Notes under the pieces: generated by a model | Seen by the model: only the letters and a program-made list of their open reading frames with translations | Database searches by the model: none | Told to the model about the DNA's origin: nothing | Part shown: positions 59,280 through 64,000 of the stretch, piece after piece | Numbering within the stretch: position 1 is the first letter of the stretch | Layout of the letters: each line of letters opens with the position of its first letter | Assembly (NCBI GenBank): GCA_002269645.1 | Contig: NIVC01000922.1 | Span: 124,001 to 188,000, forward strand | Reading direction: 5' to 3' | Source: Macrostomum lignano | Taxonomy: Eukaryota | Length of the DNA stretch: 64,000 bases | Program-made: the position numbers and the translations under genes

Positions 59280-59575
59280 TCTGATAAACCAAGGATTATA
59301 AAACACAGGAGTTGATAAACCATGGATTGTAAAACCTCAGGAGTTGATAAACCTTGGATTGTAAACCCTCTAGATTTGATAAACCGTGAATTATAAACCC
59401 TCAGGATTTGATAAACCATGGATTATAAACCCTTACTAGTTAATAAACCATGGATTATAAACCCTATGGTTTTGATCAACCATGGATTATAAACCCTCAG
59501 GATTAAATAAACCATGGATTATAAACCCTCAGGATTAGATAAACCATGGATTATAAACCCACAAGATTGATAACG
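59280..59575 (+). repeat. ~31-bp tandem repeat (GATAAACCATGGATTATAAACCCTCAGGATT)
   Basis: About nine imperfect copies. Confidence 0.8.
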
Positions 59576-59693
59576 CAAATATCATAGGCCTTCTTATTCT
59601 GATGGGCCATGCTGGTTTCTTGACTCTTCCCTATGTCGAACCGCTCATTCAGGACCATCTCCAGCAGCCAAGGCGGCAGCAGCAGCAGCCAAA

Positions 59694-62437
59694 ATGCCGG
59701 CCACTCAACGACAGCGTCGCTACGACCAAGTCATGGGCGATCGAGAGCCCGATGTCACCGACAAGAAATTTGTGCACGAGCTGAAAAATCGACTTGAGAT
59801 TAAGTATTATGTGAGCACTGAGTTAGTCGTTTCTGTATTAGAGATAGAAATCTGACCTTACCTAAACCATAACACAAGATTTCAGAAGATTATTGGACAC
59901 CAATCTATTTCCATCAACTTCAACTTTCCAGGAGAGCCAGCAGGCCAAAGAGAAACAGCTAGCTGAGTCTGAGAAGAAGCGAATGCGCAAGCTGGTTATG
60001 GAAGGCGTTGTGGAGAGCGAGGACAAGCGGCAGGAAAAATCCGAAGACAGTCAGCAAGACACCGACTGGAAAGAATTTTGGCCGCCGAATCCTAATAAAT
60101 CGGTTAGTAAAATATACAGACACCGTCACGTTGAGGGGTTAAGAATGTACACTGAGAGTGTGCACTGGCCCTAGACAGACCAGCAGCCATTCTCTTATCG
60201 CCTGGGGGGAGGTGAAGAAATGTACATACGACAGACCAGCAGCCATTCTCTTATCGCCTTGGGGGAGGTGAAGAAATGTACATACGACAGACCAGCAGCC
60301 ATTCTCTTATCGCCTTGGGGAGGTGAAGAAATGTACATACGACAGACCAGCAGCCATTCTCTTATCGCCTTGGGGGAGGTGAAGAAATGTACATACGACA
60401 GACCAGCAGCCATTCTCTTATCGCCTTGGGGGGGGGGGTTGCGAAGGTACATTCATAGTGTACATATATAAGATGGACAAACTTCCACTTCACGCCGCGT
60501 ATGAGAGTTTGGATAGAAGTAGCAATACTGTTTACTGATAGCCACACTCCAATAGTAAACAGACATCTCAGCTTTCAAAGCTTCTTAGTCAGCTGAACAC
60601 ACATTGAAACGGGACTTATTATTTACCAGACTATTCCTTCACTCTTCAGCTCGAAGAATACGAGGAGGAGAAGCGCAGGGCCGAGGAGAAACAGCAGAAA
60701 GAGGTTAGTAGCCGATATACCTATATTGCATACCGATTCAAAAAGTTTTCGATAATACGCAGAAATATCACCGTCATTTTGTGAAAACGTTTCAAGCGGT
60801 CGTCTAGTAAAAAGGCAATAAAAACTGATGCATTTCTAAAACTCTATGATTTTGTTTGCCAGCATTAGCTGGGGTATTTGAGGGTGTGTGGCGACCCCCA
60901 GTCCTTGGACTGAGCAGCCGTACGCAGCCTTCAGATGCGCCGCGCAATAGCTGCGGCTGAGCTGCCGGTTGCACATCTGGCCATGAGGACAGGTGTAATC
61001 AATTAGTATGGGTATTATCAGGGTTTGTGAAATTTTAAGGCTTTGTACAAGTTTAAGTTTGTGGAAGTTTGGGGTTTGTGGGAATGTGGGGTTTGTGGGA
61101 GTGTGGAGTTTGTGAGAGTGTGGGGTTTGTGAGAGTTTAGGGTTTGTGAGAGTGTGGGGTTTGTGGGAGATTGGGGTTTGTGAGAGTGTGGGGTTTGTGA
61201 GTGTGGGGTTTGTGGGAGATTGGGTTTCGAGGGAGTGTGGGGTTTGTGAGAGTGTGGGGTTTGTGAGAGTGTGGGGTTTGTGAGAGTGTGGGGTTTGTGA
61301 GAGTGTGGGGTTTGTGGGAGATTGGGGTTTGTGAGAGTGTGGGGTTTGTGAGTGTGGGGTTTGTGGGAGATTGGGTTTCGAGGGAGTGTGGGGTTTGTGA
61401 GAGTGTGGGGTTTGTGAGAGTGTGGGGTTTGTGGGTGCTTGGGGTTTGTGAGAGTGTGGGGTTTGTGGGTGCTTGGGGTTTGTGAGAGTGTGGGGTTTGT
61501 GAGAGTGTGGGGTTCGAGAGAGTGTGGGGTTTGTGAGAGTGTGGGGTTTGTGGGAGATTGGGTTTCGAGAGAGTGTGGGGTTTGTGAGAGTGTGGGGTTT
61601 GTGGGAGATTGGGTTTCGAGAGAGTGTGAGGTTTGTGAGAGTGTGGGGTTTGTGAGAGTGTGGGGTTTGTGACAGTGTGGGGTTTGTGACAGTGTGGGGT
61701 TTGTGAGAGTGTGGGGTTTGTGAGAGTGTGGGGTTTGTGGGAGATTGGGTTTCGAGAGAGTGTGGGGTTTGTGAGAGTGTGGGGTTTGTGAGAGTGTGGG
61801 GTTTGTGAGAGTGTGGGGTTCGAGAGAGTGTGGGGTTTGTGAGAGTGTGGGGTTCGAGAGAGTGTGGGGTTTGTGAGAGTGTGGGGTTTGTGGGAGATTG
61901 GGGTTTGTAAGAGATTGGGGTTTGTGGGAGATTGGGGTTTGTAAGAGATTGGGGTTTGTGGGAGATTGGGGTTTGTAAGAGATTGGGGTTTGTGGGAGAT
62001 TGGGGTTTGTGGGAGATTGGGGTTTGTGGGAGATTGGGGTTTGTTTAGCAATATTTAATTGTTTATCACTACTATTAGTAGGTTAAAATGCCAGGATAAC
62101 TAAATAAGACTTAAAACATCCGAACAACAACCTGCCCCAGGCTGCCGCAGGGGAGGGTCGACGAGGTCAGCAAGAAGCCGACGGCGACGGCACCGCCGAA
62201 GGCGACGACGCTGAAACCGGAGGCGCCGCTCCCAACGGCGAGGACGGTCAGGGCGGCGGCGGCGGCACATCCAGACGGGCAGAGCCGACCCCCCTGGGCA
62301 AGTACACCCGGCCTCAGTCGGCTCGCATCGCGGCCCTGCAGGACGAGGAGGATCTGGACCAGCTGTACCAGAAGGCCTCCGAGCTGGTGTACATCATGGC
62401 TCCCGTGCCCAAGGCCAAGAGCAAAGCCAAGCATTAG
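59694..62437 (+). CDS. Hypothetical charged/coiled-coil protein, ~212 aa; exons 59694-59810, 59932-60102, 60650-60703, 62141-62437
   Basis: Four phase-0 GT-AG exons: MPATQRQRRYDQ...EIKYY|ESQQAKEK...PPNPNKS|LEEYEEEKRR...KE|AAGEGRR...RPQSARIAALQDEEDLDQLYQKASELVYIMAPVPKAKSKAKH*. Probable 5'-UTR exons with GTAAGT donors at ~57800 and ~58973. Confidence 0.75.
60173..60430 (+). repeat. 56-bp tandem repeat, ~4.5 copies, intronic
   Basis: CGACAGACCAGCAGCCATTCTCTTATCGCCTTGGGGGAGGTGAAGAAATGTACATA repeated head-to-tail. Confidence 0.9.
60865..61005 (+). mobile_element. 5'-truncated SINE, copy 3
   Basis: ATTAGCTGGGG...CCCCAGTCCTTGGACTGA.CAGCCGT...AGATGCGCC.CGCAATAGCTGCGGCTGA...GGTGTAATCAAT matches the 3' half of 1795-2055. 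Confidence 0.75.
61050..62045 (+). repeat. 17-bp GT-rich minisatellite (GTGAGAGTGTGGGGTTT), intronic
   Basis: Directly visible. Confidence 0.92.
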
Positions 62438-62999
62438 CGACTCGCTGCAGAATTTCTTCATTTGGACTGTTTTAGAGGCGAAATCAACTTCATTTTTTGC
62501 TTTATACTACTGAGAGTAAACTGATTGGCCATAGACTTTTAAACCAGTTTCTATATTGTAAATGTCCATGACTAAAGGTTCCTGTGTCGAAACCGAATAT
62601 AAATTGGCTTAAGCTGTTTATCTCGCTTTCCTTTGTTATTTCACCAATATGTTACTGACTAACAAAATAGCAAACTGAAGCCCTGTTCACCTGTTCTGTA
62701 AAAGAAGCAGAATCTAGAGTGTATGGGTGCAAGAAATAAATTTATTGAAGTAAAAGTTTATACTATTATTAATTTCTATTTTCTGGCGCTTTTTAATCGA
62801 GATTTTTGTTTCCGCATTTTTTCTTTAAAAATGAGCTTTTATTTTTATTCATTTGTGTTTGAAACAGGGTTTTATGTGTTGATTTGATTTCAGAATTAGT
62901 GTGCATGACGATTTGATTTGATTTCAGAATTAGTGTGCATGACGATTAGTTCACCCTCCTGCTTTCAGTTTCACTCCTTATTGAACAGCCATGCCCATA

Positions 63000-63748
<749 letters not shown>

Positions 63749-64000
63749 CAATTGAAGATGATCATACGAGCGTATGTTATAATAATGCATTTTGAGAGAC
63801 ATGGGTTGACTCCACTTTTTATGCCTCTCCTAACTGCCGCTACTCGCATGAAAAATTGAATTCCCAAGGGTATTTCTTCGAAAAGCGTTTCGCTTGAGTC
63901 GATCTCCCAGCTGGGTGACTGGGCGGCAATGTTTTATTGCTTTGCTCACCAAAAGTCACCCGCCTCTCCTGGGAGAGAGGAATCTTTGATCGGAAAAAGG

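Noticed and set aside
60173-60430. CRISPR-like appearance of the 56-bp repeat and other arrays
   Set aside because: Units are head-to-tail without unique spacers, there are no cas genes, and the context is a eukaryotic intron.

Overview
Eukaryotic (metazoan invertebrate) genomic DNA with GT-AG spliced genes. The minisatellite-filled introns and sequence style recall the free-living flatworm Macrostomum, but this is an unverified impression. The first 40 kb is mostly nested transposons whose boundaries can be read from TIRs/LTRs and target-site duplications (TSDs). An RT-RNase H LINE (~2.1-14.3 kb) is split by an apparently intact 7.1-kb CACTA/EnSpm-type transposon and by a probable solo LTR, which is itself split by an intron-containing Ginger-like integrase transposon. 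Further along are a Tc1 deletion derivative, a 4.1-kb hAT element and a young 10.2-kb Gypsy LTR retrotransposon carrying a truncated RTE LINE in pol. Host genes: a secreted KGGQ(R)WN-repeat protein, a rolling-stone-like membrane protein, EDF1/MBF1, MAD1 (9 coding exons, with an antisense APE-RT LINE in intron 8) and two unannotated genes arranged head-to-head. The most notable observations are the secreted cationic Trp-rich repeat precursor (14770-15381), a second LTR-end/tRNA-Leu PBS cassette inside both Gypsy LTRs, the multi-layer TE nest with an in-frame-deleted Ginger integrase, and a dense TAGGCCTA palindrome field. No database searches were possible; family assignments rest on motif recognition.
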